64,000 bases of DNA from Parcubacteria group bacterium (GCA_041675165.1 JBAYUI010000001.1:6901-70900), one strand, 5' to 3'. Shown: positions 6,973 to 17,489, counted from the first letter of the stretch. Program-made: numbers and translations. Notes: a model not told the origin generated them from the sequence alone.

Positions 6973-7689
6973 TTATAAATTATCGAAAATCTCATCCACA
7001 TCATCCAGTTCGTCCAAAACTTCTAAGAGTTTTTCGTAAGCTTCTTTGGTGGCAGGATCGATTTCGGCGATGGTTTTGGGCAGATAGGACAGATTAGCCT
7101 CGGCGATTTTTTGGCCGGAGGCTTTCAACTTGTCTTGCACCTTTTGCAGCTCGGTCGGCTCGGTGAAGATAATGAATGCGCCTTCTTCGGTTTTCATATC
7201 TTTCGCACCAGCGTCGATGGCGACCATTTCTAGTTCTTCAAGATTGCTGTTTTCGTCAGTTTCGATGATGATGGCGCCGACTGGGTCAAAGTTCCACATG
7301 GATGAGCCGGCCTCGCCGAATTTGCCGCCGTTTTTGGTGAGAACGGTTTTCACTTCGCCGAGCGTGCGGTTTTTCTTGTCGGTGGTGGCTTTCACTAGCA
7401 TCATGACATTGCCTGGGCCTTTGGCTTCATAGATAACTTCTTCCATCTTGTCGCCTTTCAGTTCTCCGCTTCCGCGTTTCACCGCGCGATCAATGTTGGC
7501 CTTGGGCATGTTATAGGAAAGTGCTTTGTCGATGGCCGCGCGCAACTGAAAATTGGTGTCCGGATTGCCGCCGCCAGCTTGCGCCGCAATGACGATCGGT
7601 TTGGCGAGAACAGTGAAAATCTTGGCGCGCTTGGCGTCATTCACGCCCTTTCTTTGCTTGATTCCAGCCCAATGTGAGTGTCCTGACAT
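6973..7689 (-). CDS. yebC: YebC/PmpR family protein
   Basis: MSGHSHWAGIK start, NMPKANIDRA, YEAKGPG and LDDVDEIFDN motifs. Confidence 0.95.
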   Translation of the reverse strand: MSGHSHWAGIKQRKGVNDAKRAKIFTVLAKPIVIAAQAGGGNPDTNFQLRAAIDKALSYNMPKANIDRAVKRGSGELKGDKMEEVIYEAKGPGNVMMLVKATTDKKNRTLGEVKTVLTKNGGKFGEAGSSMWNFDPVGAIIIETDENSNLEELEMVAIDAGAKDMKTEEGAFIIFTEPTELQKVQDKLKASGQKIAEANLSYLPKTIAEIDPATKEAYEKLLEVLDELDDVDEIFDNL

Positions 7690-7801
7690 AAAAGATATTG
7701 CTAAATGGTTAAATAGACATACTACTAACGGCCTATTCAGTCTAACAGTTAAAAAAGAGAAGTTCAAGGCGGATATGATCAGGCGGAAAGAAGGTTATTT
7801 T

Positions 7802-9871
7802 TCATATCACATTCAAAACCCGATTGATCCCGGAATTTATTTTCAACCAAAAAGTTTCGGCGAAAGTTATGACCCAATGTTTTTGGGGAATAGCAGAAGT
7901 GAAAGTGTAATAATTTCCATCATAAATAACTATTCTGGCACCGAGGACGTGGGGAGTGGCATTGTTTATAGCCGCGGGAATTTCAAGGGCGGAACTGAAA
8001 GTGGCCAGTTCGATCTGATAGTTTTGTTTTTTCTGCCAGGCCGGATCAAGGGAATATTTTCCCAAATCAGCCGCGGAAATTGTAGGTGCTGGTGTGAATA
8101 TGGCTGGTGGTGCGTCTTGCTTATTTTCGGCGGACGCAAGGCTCGCTCCTTCGGCAGTGGCCGGTTCGGACCATTCCCAATTGCTGCCTTCTTTTTTCTG
8201 GTAAAGTGTTTCTTCTTGGATTGACTTCTTCCCGTGGTCATATTGAATTTTTTGCACGGCCTTGCCAGATGGATCGCGCAGCTCAAGCTTGTCCTTGGCA
8301 TTGGTCAGGGTGAAAGCGCAAATGTCATGGCTTAATTTTTTAGTTTTGTCGGCCTTGATGAAGAAATCTTCGCGGATCGGATGGTTCACGAGATTGTCCC
8401 AGCCGGTGGCAACAGACCAGCCTTTCAAATTCATTTTCTTTTTGGAATTGTTTTGGATTTCAATCCATTCATTTTCAGTGTCACTGCCTTTCGGGTTGGG
8501 GGAGATTTTCATGATCCAGATTTTTGGTGCCACATATTTTTTCACCTCGACCGTGAAAGCATAAAGCGCGTCTTCACCGTTGCCGGTGATTTTGAGACTG
8601 GCGGCATAGTGGCCAGTTTTTTCATACTTATGCTTGGTTTTTTGCAGGTAACTTTTATGCCCGTCGCCGAAATCCCAAGTGAATTTTTGGGCATCGCGGC
8701 CGGCTTTGACTTCGAAATGGGCATAAATATTTTTGTACATCTCATCATCTTTTGAAATTTTTCCATGGAGGATCTTGTCGAATAGGTTTTCCTTTCCGGG
8801 TGTAGTGAGTGAAGTCCAGCGCCAAGCGGTGCCGTCGAAAGCGTAGGCATGACCAGATTTGGGTGAGGCATAGGCGCGGCTGTCTACTAGGGCTTTACTC
8901 GCGTCATACAAGAAAACCGTATCGCCTTTGGAATCGTTGTTGAGAGAAAATGTGCCATAGAAAACATCAAGATTGTCATTTTTGTCCAGACTGGAGATTT
9001 TTTTGCAGCTGCCTTTTTCGCCCTTGTCATTTTCTGTCTTATCCTTCAAACACCACTTCGAAAAATCAATCTCTTGTCCGCTGGAATTTTCAATTTCCAC
9101 AAATTCTTTTTCGCCCGCCGCAGTCAGGGGCGCGGGATAAATCTCGTTGATTTTTACCTGATCAACATAGTAAGATTTTTTAGAAGTGTCGCTGTCGGGG
9201 TCATTGTCAGGGTCTGTGTCGCCATCTCCGCTGGCGCAATCTTTTTCATCGGAATTTTTTTGGCCGGGAGTGCCGCCCAAGACGCAGCTTTCATGCCAAC
9301 CATTTTTTTCGAAATCATTCCGTTCGATGCTTTTCTTATCGGCGGGATTTTTGATTGCGTTTTTGTCAAAATATGCATTGGCTCCAAAACCTAAAAAATC
9401 TAGAACGTTTTCTTTTTTGTTTCCTGATGTGCTGATATAGACCGCGCCATCGGCCACGAGAGAATTTCCAACGGTTGAATAAGTTGCGTCAACAGCGGTA
9501 TCGGTGGTGTTATCGGCATAATCCTTGGAAGATATGAGGAAATAGCCTTTGGCAGGAACGGTTTCATGGATAAAGGTCAGGGTTTTGGAACTGTCGGAGT
9601 TGGCAGAATTTACGAGATGCAATTTCAAAGGCAAGGATTTTAGATTGATATCGGCATCGGTTGGATTGTAAATTTCCAGGAACTCTTCCGCGGCGGAGTT
9701 TCCTCTGGGTAAAACTTCAGAAAGTAATAAGTTATTCTGGACATCATCCGCTCGACATTCTTTTTCCCAATAAAAAACTGCCAACAGAAAAATCGGCAGT
9801 AAAACAAGGAGCCTAAAAACAAAAAACAAACCTTTATTTTTGTCCGCCTCTACGGCGGATAAAGTTCTCAC
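7802..9871 (-). CDS. Secreted/membrane-anchored lamin-tail-domain protein with a PKD domain
   Basis: Three LTD-like units (SEVLP..EFLEIYN; INEIYP..EFVEI; ISPNP..EWIEI) with GTPG/TTPG ends. PKD motif WDFGDG..H.Y...G.Y. N-terminal TM. Confidence 0.8.
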   Translation of the reverse strand: MRTLSAVEADKNKGLFFVFRLLVLLPIFLLAVFYWEKECRADDVQNNLLLSEVLPRGNSAAEEFLEIYNPTDADINLKSLPLKLHLVNSANSDSSKTLTFIHETVPAKGYFLISSKDYADNTTDTAVDATYSTVGNSLVADGAVYISTSGNKKENVLDFLGFGANAYFDKNAIKNPADKKSIERNDFEKNGWHESCVLGGTPGQKNSDEKDCASGDGDTDPDNDPDSDTSKKSYYVDQVKINEIYPAPLTAAGEKEFVEIENSSGQEIDFSKWCLKDKTENDKGEKGSCKKISSLDKNDNLDVFYGTFSLNNDSKGDTVFLYDASKALVDSRAYASPKSGHAYAFDGTAWRWTSLTTPGKENLFDKILHGKISKDDEMYKNIYAHFEVKAGRDAQKFTWDFGDGHKSYLQKTKHKYEKTGHYAASLKITGNGEDALYAFTVEVKKYVAPKIWIMKISPNPKGSDTENEWIEIQNNSKKKMNLKGWSVATGWDNLVNHPIREDFFIKADKTKKLSHDICAFTLTNAKDKLELRDPSGKAVQKIQYDHGKKSIQEETLYQKKEGSNWEWSEPATAEGASLASAENKQDAPPAIFTPAPTISAADLGKYSLDPAWQKKQNYQIELATFSSALEIPAAINNATPHVLGARIVIYDGNYYTFTSAIPQKHWVITFAETFWLKINSGINRVLNVI

Positions 9872-9923
9872 CCGATTTTATTTTATAAAAAAGAAGCGGA
9901 CAAGATCCGTTTCAAAATTTTTT

Positions 9924-10520
9924 CTATGCCGCGTCACCATCATGGTGGATTTTTTTGCTGAGCATATCTGTAAACTCCACATCCTCGGTGTGTTCAAATT
10001 TCTTCTGCAGCTTCATGATCAGGTCCTTGACGGCATAGGGGTCGGGGATGTTTCTGAAGAGAAATTTTTCCGTTTCAGCGGCCGTCTGCACCTCGATGTT
10101 GCCATAATTGAGAAAGGTCGGAATGACACCTTTGACGTCGGTAGCGACGTCCTGGATCTTTTCCAGACGAAGCTCACTGGTCTGTCTGGCGAAGAGCCCC
10201 TTTTGTTCGATATTGACGATGCGTTGGCTGGTAATGATCCAGACGTCGAAATAATAATCGATCCAGATGATGAAAAAGGTGATCCAGATGAAGATGAAAA
10301 ATAAATTGCGTAAAAAGGCAAAAAGCATCTGGAAAGATGGGTCGCCAAAATTATTGTAAAAAACAGCAGTCAATCCATAGGAGCCGAAAAGCAAGACGAG
10401 CATGATGAGGATGATGAAAAATTGGCTCAGGATGTCGAACCAATGACGGTGCAAGACGAGCAGGATCTGTTCGTCCGAGCGTTGCCCATCAAAATGATAT
10501 TTGTTGAAAGAATTTTCCAT
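9924..10520 (-). CDS. Membrane protein with a bacterial PH domain (bPH_2-like)
   Basis: Two TM helices followed by WIITSQRIVNIEQKGLF...IQDV...NYGNIEVQTA. Start placed at MENSF. Confidence 0.8.
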   Translation of the reverse strand: MENSFNKYHFDGQRSDEQILLVLHRHWFDILSQFFIILIMLVLLFGSYGLTAVFYNNFGDPSFQMLFAFLRNLFFIFIWITFFIIWIDYYFDVWIITSQRIVNIEQKGLFARQTSELRLEKIQDVATDVKGVIPTFLNYGNIEVQTAAETEKFLFRNIPDPYAVKDLIMKLQKKFEHTEDVEFTDMLSKKIHHDGDAA

Positions 10521-10525
10521 AATGT

Positions 10526-10750
10526 TTAGCCGATGAAAAATTGTGAAAATATAGCAGTCCATTTGACGGAGAAAAATAGCAGCATATTGGAAAAAAGGAG
10601 AAGAGCGGAGATTATGATGAAGAGTGGTAACAAAATCTTGTTCAAGCTGGCATTGATGGAATATTTGGCCAAGTGGTAGACGATAAAGGCGTACAGAAAA
10701 ACAAAGGTAAGGACGATGATGGCATAAAGAGTGAGGATGAGGTAGAACAT
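10526..10750 (-). CDS. Small membrane protein (74 aa)
   Basis: Two hydrophobic helices with an IVYHL.KY linker; co-oriented between ruvB and the PH gene. Confidence 0.65.
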   Translation of the reverse strand: MFYLILTLYAIIVLTFVFLYAFIVYHLAKYSINASLNKILLPLFIIISALLLFSNMLLFFSVKWTAIFSQFFIG

Positions 10751-10817
10751 AACGAGTAAATTTCAAATTCTAAATTACAAATTTCAAATAAATTTTAAAA
10801 TAAAAAATGTCAAATTT

Positions 10818-11825
10818 TTAAAACAAACTTCCTTCTTTTTTGTCGTATGCTATACCCAAATGGTTGTAGGCGGCTTCTGTGGCCATGCGTCCGCGCGGGG
10901 TGCGAGTGAGGAAACCGATCTGGATGAGGTAAGGTTCGTAGACATCCTCAATAGTTTTGATCTCTTCGGAAGTGGCCGCGGCAATCGTGCCGAGACCGAC
11001 TGGTCCGCCGCCGAATTTCTCAATGATAGTGGTGAGAATATGCTTGTCGGCCGGTTCGAGGCCCAGCGGGTCGACGTCGATCATTTCCAACGCTTCAAGG
11101 GCGACTGCTTCATTAATTATATCATGATTTTTTATCTGCGAAAAATCTCGGACACGTTTCAGCAGTCGATTGGCGACGCGTGGCGTGGCGCGCGCGCAAG
11201 TGGAAATTTTTTGGAGGCCCGAGTCATCGATGTTCACATCCAAGATACGTCCCGAGCGTTCCAGAATTTTTTTGATTTCGTCATTGGTGTAAAATTCCAA
11301 GCGATGGATGGCGCCGAAGCGGTTTCGGAGAGGATTGGAAAGAGAGCCAAGCTTGGTGGTCGCACCGATCAGGGTGAAATGTGGCAGATCCAATTGGATG
11401 GTGCGCGCCGAAGGGCCTTTGCCAATGATGATATCCAGTTTATAGTCTTCCATAGCCGGGTACAAAATTTCCTCAATAGATTTATTCAGGCGATGGATTT
11501 CGTCGATAAACAAAATATCTCCGTCCTGCAGGTTGGTGAGGATGGAACCGAAATCACCCACGCGCTCAATGGCCGGGCCGGAAGTGGTTTTGATATTAAC
11601 GTTGAGTTCTTTGGCGATGATGTTGGCCAAGGTGGTTTTGCCGAGACCCGCCGGGCCATACAAAAGCACGTGCTCAATCGCTTCTTTCCTGAATTTGGCC
11701 GCTTGGATCAGAATATCCAGGTTTTTTTTGACTTTTTCTTGGCCGACATATTCGCCGAAAGTTTGCGGACGAAGGGTGATGTCAAAAGAAGCGTCTTCGG
11801 GTTGTTCGATGGAAGTGGTGATCAT
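10818..11825 (-). CDS. ruvB: Holliday junction branch migration helicase RuvB
   Basis: [36 protein letters not shown] and RTPRGR motifs. Confidence 0.97.
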   Translation of the reverse strand: MITTSIEQPEDASFDITLRPQTFGEYVGQEKVKKNLDILIQAAKFRKEAIEHVLLYGPAGLGKTTLANIIAKELNVNIKTTSGPAIERVGDFGSILTNLQDGDILFIDEIHRLNKSIEEILYPAMEDYKLDIIIGKGPSARTIQLDLPHFTLIGATTKLGSLSNPLRNRFGAIHRLEFYTNDEIKKILERSGRILDVNIDDSGLQKISTCARATPRVANRLLKRVRDFSQIKNHDIINEAVALEALEMIDVDPLGLEPADKHILTTIIEKFGGGPVGLGTIAAATSEEIKTIEDVYEPYLIQIGFLTRTPRGRMATEAAYNHLGIAYDKKEGSLF

Positions 11826-11830
11826 AATAA

Positions 11831-11946
11831 GTTAAAAATGCAAAATTAAAAGCTAAAAACTGCAATTATCAGTTCAAAGTTTATTGAAAAATAAAGCTTT
11901 TAATTTTTAATTGCAACTTTACATTTTGCACTTTGAACTTTCAACT
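11831..11946. repeat. Inverted array of degenerate heptamer repeats
   Basis: AAAATGC/AAAATTA-type 7-mers followed by their complements (TTTTAAT, TTTTGCA, CTTTGAA). Confidence 0.65.
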
Positions 11947-11960
11947 AATTATACCCCCTC

Positions 11961-11989
11961 TTGACAAAAAAACCAAGCTATGCTATGCT
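11961..11989 (+). promoter_or_regulatory. Sigma70 promoter
   Basis: TTGACA-17-TATGCT with an extended TG. Confidence 0.6.
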
Positions 11990-12263
11990 CCAGAGTCATC
12001 CGATTTAGCCGATTTTTGGCTGGATAGATGGCTAGCAGTAAATTGCAGGCAATTGGTGACTTCTATCTTTTGTCATCAATATGGGAACTTTTTTCAAGAC
12101 ATGGGCGATTGGGTTTCGGCTCGGTCGTACCTCGATAGTGTTCCTTTTTTCGGGCTCCTAGTTCGAATTCTTGCCTGCAAATTAGTGTCTAGAAAGCATG
12201 TTAACATGATAACATTTTAGCATGTTAGCAAAGGGGAAAAGTTATTTAACAAAGGAGGTGTGT

Positions 12264-12785
12264 ATGAAGAGCTTGAGAGGCTTATTTTTTTTGTTTTTAT
12301 TATTTGCAATGTTTTTTTCCGGATGTGCGACTCAGGAAGCTGCAAACAACAAAACTGTAATCGGTGAAAAATGCCTTGTCGTGCTGGAAAAAGCGATGGA
12401 AGGATCGCCAAAATCAAAGGTCTATAACAAATCATCCAAAGAAGTGCGCCAGGCTGTTACGGATGTTCTTCGGAAGCAAGGCTTTTCTGATTTCAGAAAG
12501 GGTATCCTGCAAGACGAGATAATCACGGAGAAGCTGAAGGTCGAAAATCCGAATCCGGCCGATATCTCAGAGGATGTTTTGAAAGTATTGGCCGCGGAGC
12601 ATATCCAATTTGTTCAGGCCGGAAAGTTGGTGGTTGTGTCTTGTGATGTGTCTTTTTGCAAGATAGTCGGTTCGGCTTATCGCACGAACCAAGACTATCC
12701 CAAAACAGCGGGTAAAATCAGGGGGGATTTTTTCCAGAGACTTGATGCGGAATTGAATATGGAGTTGAGTGAAAACTCCAAATGA
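12264..12785 (+). CDS. Hypothetical lipoprotein
   Basis: SD AAGGAGGTG, signal peptide with lipobox FSG-C. Terminator-like hairpin at 12811-12843. Confidence 0.75.
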   Translation: MKSLRGLFFLFLLFAMFFSGCATQEAANNKTVIGEKCLVVLEKAMEGSPKSKVYNKSSKEVRQAVTDVLRKQGFSDFRKGILQDEIITEKLKVENPNPADISEDVLKVLAAEHIQFVQAGKLVVVSCDVSFCKIVGSAYRTNQDYPKTAGKIRGDFFQRLDAELNMELSENSK

Positions 12786-12854
12786 AATTCAACTTCCGTC
12801 TTGCGCAAAAAAGGCAGTTCTATTAAATATAGGCTGCCTTTTTATAATGACGGC

Positions 12855-13040
12855 TTTTACTTTTCTTTTTCCGCAAAAGAAAAAATAACAAAAGAAAACT
12901 CTCAGCTTGGCTCCGTGCGCCAATAAATTCTACGCTCGGCGGCTAAATTTATTAACTCTCTCTGAAAAGACCGACTATGAATAAATTCTTAACGCCGCCT
13001 CACTTGAATTTATAGTGGCGCACTACGCAAGGGCTGAATT
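12855..13040. repeat. Long imperfect palindromic intergenic element
   Basis: TTTTCTTTT/AAAAGAAAA hairpin, then ~135-nt stem (TCAGC..GTGCGCCA..ATAAATTC paired with GAATTTAT..TGGCGCAC..GCTGA). Confidence 0.6.
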
Positions 13041-13145
13041 GGAATACAAAATACAAAAAAAACACCTTAAAAGACTCGGCTTAAGCCGAGTCTTTTAGAT
13101 TTCATGTGTAATCATGTGTAAATCAGTGAGAATCAGTGGTTCTGA

Positions 13146-16100
13146 CTAGATATCCGTCACTCGTTCCACTTCTTCCAAGCTCGTCTCGCCTTCCAAGACG
13201 CGCAATACACCGTCTTGGGCCATGGTGAGCATGCCGAGGGAGATGGCTTTTTCTTCCAGTTCGCTCGTGATAGCGCCGCGAGTGATGAGATCTTGGATTT
13301 CGCGAGGCAGACAGAAGACTTCGCTGACCGTCATCCGGCCTTTGTAGCCGATATGATTGCAAATTTCACAACCCTTGGGCTTGTAGATGAATTCAATTTT
13401 TTCCGGCAAGTCAACTCCGGCTTTCGGGGATATGCTTTTCAATGCTTGCTCCAGTTTAATTTTTTCTTCTGCAGTCGGTGTCACTTTTTCTTTGCAATCG
13501 CACAGGCGTCGCACTAGTCGTTGCGCGATGAAAGCGTTGACGGAAGTGGCGATGTCTGAAGAGGCAACACCCATATTTTCCATTCTGGCCACGGCTCCCG
13601 CGGCATTATTAGTGTGGATGGTGGACAAGACCAAATGTCCCGTCAGTGCGGCTTGCACCGCCACTTTGGCCGTTTCATCATCGCGGATTTCCCCGATCAT
13701 CATAATGTCCGGATTTTGACGCAGCAGTTGGCGAAGGGCTGTGGCGAAAGTGTAGCCGCCCGTGTCATTGACGGGAGTTTGCAGGATGCCGGGGATCTGA
13801 TATTCGATCGGATCTTCCACGGTGATAATCTTGATCTCCGGCTTGTTCAATCTTTCCAAGATGCTGTAGAGCGTGGTGGTTTTGCCGCTGCCGGTCGGGC
13901 CGGTGTTCAAAATGACACCATTGGGCTTTTCAATTTCGCGCAGGATCTTTTCCAGATTCTGGCGGCGGATGCCGAGTTTTTCCAGATCATACTCCAAAGA
14001 AGATTTGAAAAGGAGTCGCATCACGACAGTTTCTCCATAGCCTCCGAGGATGATGGAAACACGCACATCGATCGACTTTTCCGCAATTTCAGAAATAGCA
14101 TCGTCGAATTTTATGGTGAAGCGGCTGTCGATCACGCCTTGGCGGACTTCGGTCTTGACGCCGGAAAGATCTTTGATCATTCCGAGGAGCGCCGGGTATT
14201 CATTAAGAGGCAATGAAACGACATTTTGCAATATGCCGTCGATGCGGAACCTGATCTTGACGCTATCCGCTTCCGGTTCGATATGGATATCTCCGACGCC
14301 CAGCATTGCGGCGGCTGAGACAATGAGACCGTTCAATTCGGTCGTCTTGGCCGACCTTAAGATCTCTTCCAATTTCTTGAAGTCCCTGATGTCATCTTTT
14401 ATCTTTTGGAAGGAATTTTTCCTGATGATGATCATCCGGCCCAGAGTTTGCGCCATCAATTTTTCATAAATATTTTCCAAAAATTCTCCTTGTCCCGTAA
14501 CATGCTTCACTTCATCAATGGAAGTTATGCCCGCTACGGCTTTCAAAATGCCGTCTTGCAGCATCGTAATCATCCCTGACTCAAGGGAGGCCACTGCCAA
14601 TTCTGTTTCGCCGGCCATATCCAATATCAATTTTTCAATCTCGTCGTGGATGGTGAGGACTTCAAAAATACCGATGCGCCCCTTATAGCCGATGCCGTTG
14701 CATTTAGCACAGCCTTTCGGTCGATAGAGAACGTCTATTTTTTTCGGAATATCCACTTTGGCTTTGGGAGAAATTATGGACAAGACTTTTTTGATCGATT
14801 CGATCGATTCTTCTGCGGGAACGTAGGCCTCTTTGCACTCGCAAAGTTTGCGCACTAAGCGCTGTCCGATAATGGCATTGACGGAGGGGGAGATCAAAGT
14901 TGGCTTTATGCCGAGCTCGATCAGTCGCGGAACGGCTCCCATTGCGTTATTAGTGTGAAGAGAAGAAAGCACCAGATGTCCTGTAAGAGCTGAATTTACG
15001 GCGATATCGGCCGTTTCATCATCACGGATCTCTCCCACCAAAATGATGTCCGGATCTTGACGCACAATGGCTCTGAGTCCATTGGCGAAAGTGTAACCTT
15101 TGGATTTTTCTATCTGTGTCTGGGAAATTCCTATAAGTTCATATTCGATCGGATCTTCGATGGTGATGATCTTTTTATTGGGCGTGTTCAATTTGTTTAT
15201 GATGGCATAGAGCGTGGTGGTTTTTCCGCTGCCTGTCGGACCGGTGTTTAAAATCATGCCATTAGGAGAATCTATCTGTTTTTGAACGGTCTCGTAAGCC
15301 AATCCTTGCAAGCCAAGATCCTCAACGTTTACGCAAATGGAGTCCGGATCCAATAGTCTCATAACGATCGATTCCCCGAAATTTCCAGGAATGACAGAAA
15401 CCCGCAAATTGATCTTTTTTGTCGCTAGATTGATTTCAAACGTGCCATCTTGGGCAATGGCCCGTAGGTTGATCTTCATTCCTGACATAATTTTTATCCG
15501 AGAGAGGATGCCGGTGAAAACTTTGAGCGGCAGAAAAGCAACATCTTGCAATACGCCATCAATACGATAACGCAAGCGGATCTCTTTGTCCTGCGGCTCG
15601 ATGTGGACGTCTGAAGCGCCGAGCTTGTAGGCACCGGCCAGCATAATATCGAGAATTTTTGTAACGGGCAGTTCGGTGATGCGGTTCTTGAGGGTCAAAA
15701 GGTCCTTCATCTCCTTTTCGAATTCTCGCAGGTCTTCATCGCTCATATTCAGGCTCATCTTATCCAAAGCATCCACGAAAACGACCTGTTTGTATTTATC
15801 CCAGATACGTTTCATATTGGTCTTTGAAATCACAAAGAGCTTGATCTTCCAGCCTTGATCATTTTCCAATTTTTTCAAAAATTCACCCATGTCCGCGCGC
15901 GTCGGATCGGTGGCGGCGATGGTCGCCACTTTGCCCTTGTAGTGGATGAGCGCGATGCCCAATTTCCGAGAGTCGTCTTCGCTCAGGAGCCTGACATCAT
16001 CCTTGCTTATCGGAATGAGATTGGTGTCAGCATAAGGCAAGCCCAGTCCGGAGGCGTAGGCTGAGGCGATCTCTTCTTCTTCTCTTTCTCGGAAAGCAGT

Positions 16101-16175
16101 GATAACTTTTTTCGTCCGAGTTTCTTTCTTAAGCTGTTCTCTGTCCGGATTCTTATTCGGAATAACTTTAAGCAT
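13146..16175 (-). CDS. Tandem double GspE/PulE/PilB-family ATPase (type IV pilus/T2SS assembly ATPase)
   Basis: Two complete sets of SDVHIEP/GDIHIEP, GPTGSGKTTTLY, EDPIEY, GEIRD, LTGHLVLS..HTN and tetracysteine Zn motifs. Confidence 0.9.
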   Translation of the reverse strand: MLKVIPNKNPDREQLKKETRTKKVITAFREREEEEIASAYASGLGLPYADTNLIPISKDDVRLLSEDDSRKLGIALIHYKGKVATIAATDPTRADMGEFLKKLENDQGWKIKLFVISKTNMKRIWDKYKQVVFVDALDKMSLNMSDEDLREFEKEMKDLLTLKNRITELPVTKILDIMLAGAYKLGASDVHIEPQDKEIRLRYRIDGVLQDVAFLPLKVFTGILSRIKIMSGMKINLRAIAQDGTFEINLATKKINLRVSVIPGNFGESIVMRLLDPDSICVNVEDLGLQGLAYETVQKQIDSPNGMILNTGPTGSGKTTTLYAIINKLNTPNKKIITIEDPIEYELIGISQTQIEKSKGYTFANGLRAIVRQDPDIILVGEIRDDETADIAVNSALTGHLVLSSLHTNNAMGAVPRLIELGIKPTLISPSVNAIIGQRLVRKLCECKEAYVPAEESIESIKKVLSIISPKAKVDIPKKIDVLYRPKGCAKCNGIGYKGRIGIFEVLTIHDEIEKLILDMAGETELAVASLESGMITMLQDGILKAVAGITSIDEVKHVTGQGEFLENIYEKLMAQTLGRMIIIRKNSFQKIKDDIRDFKKLEEILRSAKTTELNGLIVSAAAMLGVGDIHIEPEADSVKIRFRIDGILQNVVSLPLNEYPALLGMIKDLSGVKTEVRQGVIDSRFTIKFDDAISEIAEKSIDVRVSIILGGYGETVVMRLLFKSSLEYDLEKLGIRRQNLEKILREIEKPNGVILNTGPTGSGKTTTLYSILERLNKPEIKIITVEDPIEYQIPGILQTPVNDTGGYTFATALRQLLRQNPDIMMIGEIRDDETAKVAVQAALTGHLVLSTIHTNNAAGAVARMENMGVASSDIATSVNAFIAQRLVRRLCDCKEKVTPTAEEKIKLEQALKSISPKAGVDLPEKIEFIYKPKGCEICNHIGYKGRMTVSEVFCLPREIQDLITRGAITSELEEKAISLGMLTMAQDGVLRVLEGETSLEEVERVTDI

Positions 16176-16285
16176 ATTTTTATTTTAAAAATTTATAGGA
16201 AAGGATGAAATTATAATTATATTTTATCACAGAAAGAGGGAATAAAAAAATAAAAATGAAACGGTGGATATTGGCATTTCACAAA

Positions 16286-16317
16286 AAAACAAGGTTCTTG
16301 CAGAACCTTGTTTTTTT
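16286..16317 (-). terminator. Intrinsic terminator (possibly bidirectional)
   Basis: AAAACAAGGTTCT/AGAACCTTGTTTT inverted repeat. Confidence 0.6.
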
Positions 16318-16331
16318 GAAGAAAGCGCAGC

Positions 16332-17489
16332 TTAGTTTTTCTGTTCCGGAAAAATATCTTCCGCTAGGATGTTCTTTATCTTTTCCATCATCTTCAGGCC
16401 CACTTCGGCCGTGTCAGAGGAATCGATCCTGACCTGCAGGAAGTTGCGGATGATGTCGCCGTCGATCTGGAGACTTATCTTCTGGATGTTTTTCGTGTCG
16501 ACAGTCTTTATCAGGGCTACGGAAGTCTGGGGTGTATCATTGTAGACAAGCATAAAAATGCGTCCCTCGCCGTAATTCTCTTCCAATTTATCCAAAATGA
16601 GCGGCAGGTCACTGGGCGTGGCGCGGCTTTGCACAAAATCCTCTACGGTCAGTTCGGACCATACGATGTGAGCTTCTTTTTCCAGATTGATTTTGGCCAT
16701 CGCTCGGCCCCATAGCTTCAGGATCTGAAGCGGTTGAGTCTTATATAGCCAACGGATGATGGTTTGTTGATCGGCGCCACGGTTCATAAGAGCTGCAGCC
16801 AAGGAGAGAGCCTTCGGAGTGGTATTTTTTTTCTGGAAGCTTTCAGTCGCGCCGATAAGGCCGGTCATAAGGCAGGTGGCTATAGTTTCATCTATGAGAC
16901 TGTCATAGTAGGTTTCAAAAAAACTGGCGCATATTTCAGAAGAAGATGAAGCGGTGATGTCGACCAGATTGATCTGCCCGAAGTTATCATTGCCGCTGTG
17001 GTGGTCTATATTGACGACGGGCACTTCGAAGAACAAGTCGGTGTTGCCGGTATAAATTTTACCCAAGGTTTCCAAGTCGGAACTGTCGATGACGATGACT
17101 AGGTCATATTTGAATTTGGCGAGGATGAAAGAAAAGTCGCGCGGGTCGATGGCGCCTTTTTCGGGCGTGACCATAATATTGAAGCGGCCATCTTTTTCTT
17201 CTTGGCGGATCTGCATAATTTTGTTGCGGGTCGTGTCGAAAGACAGGACGAAATCGCGCGCGCCGGAAATTTCAGCCAATATTTTCGCGGGGCGCGGCAG
17301 AAAGTCGAATTTGGCTGACAGATGGTTGGAGAAAGCGATGGTCGGATTGATATGCTTATTCTCCAGAAAATAGTACAGTGCCCAAGCCGATCCGACGGCA
17401 TCAGCGCTGGGATTTTCCGGAATAAGGATAAGTATGTCCTTGGAGTTTTCCAGGAATTTCTTGAATTGTTCTTGTGAGGAAAGAGACAT
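16332..17489 (-). CDS. DHH-family phosphoesterase (NrnA-like)
   Basis: ENPSADAVGS, VIVID, NIDHH..NDNFG and ASSSSEI motifs. Confidence 0.8.
   Translation of the reverse strand: MSLSSQEQFKKFLENSKDILILIPENPSADAVGSAWALYYFLENKHINPTIAFSNHLSAKFDFLPRPAKILAEISGARDFVLSFDTTRNKIMQIRQEEKDGRFNIMVTPEKGAIDPRDFSFILAKFKYDLVIVIDSSDLETLGKIYTGNTDLFFEVPVVNIDHHSGNDNFGQINLVDITASSSSEICASFFETYYDSLIDETIATCLMTGLIGATESFQKKNTTPKALSLAAALMNRGADQQTIIRWLYKTQPLQILKLWGRAMAKINLEKEAHIVWSELTVEDFVQSRATPSDLPLILDKLEENYGEGRIFMLVYNDTPQTSVALIKTVDTKNIQKISLQIDGDIIRNFLQVRIDSSDTAEVGLKMMEKIKNILAEDIFPEQKN

Noticed and set aside
10860-11849. 329-aa plus-strand ORF and other long antisense ORFs (e.g. 2384-3112, 55092-55937, 57795-58703)
   Set aside because: They are shadows of well-supported genes (ruvB, ruvC, pyk, ppsA) on the opposite strand and have no motifs of their own.
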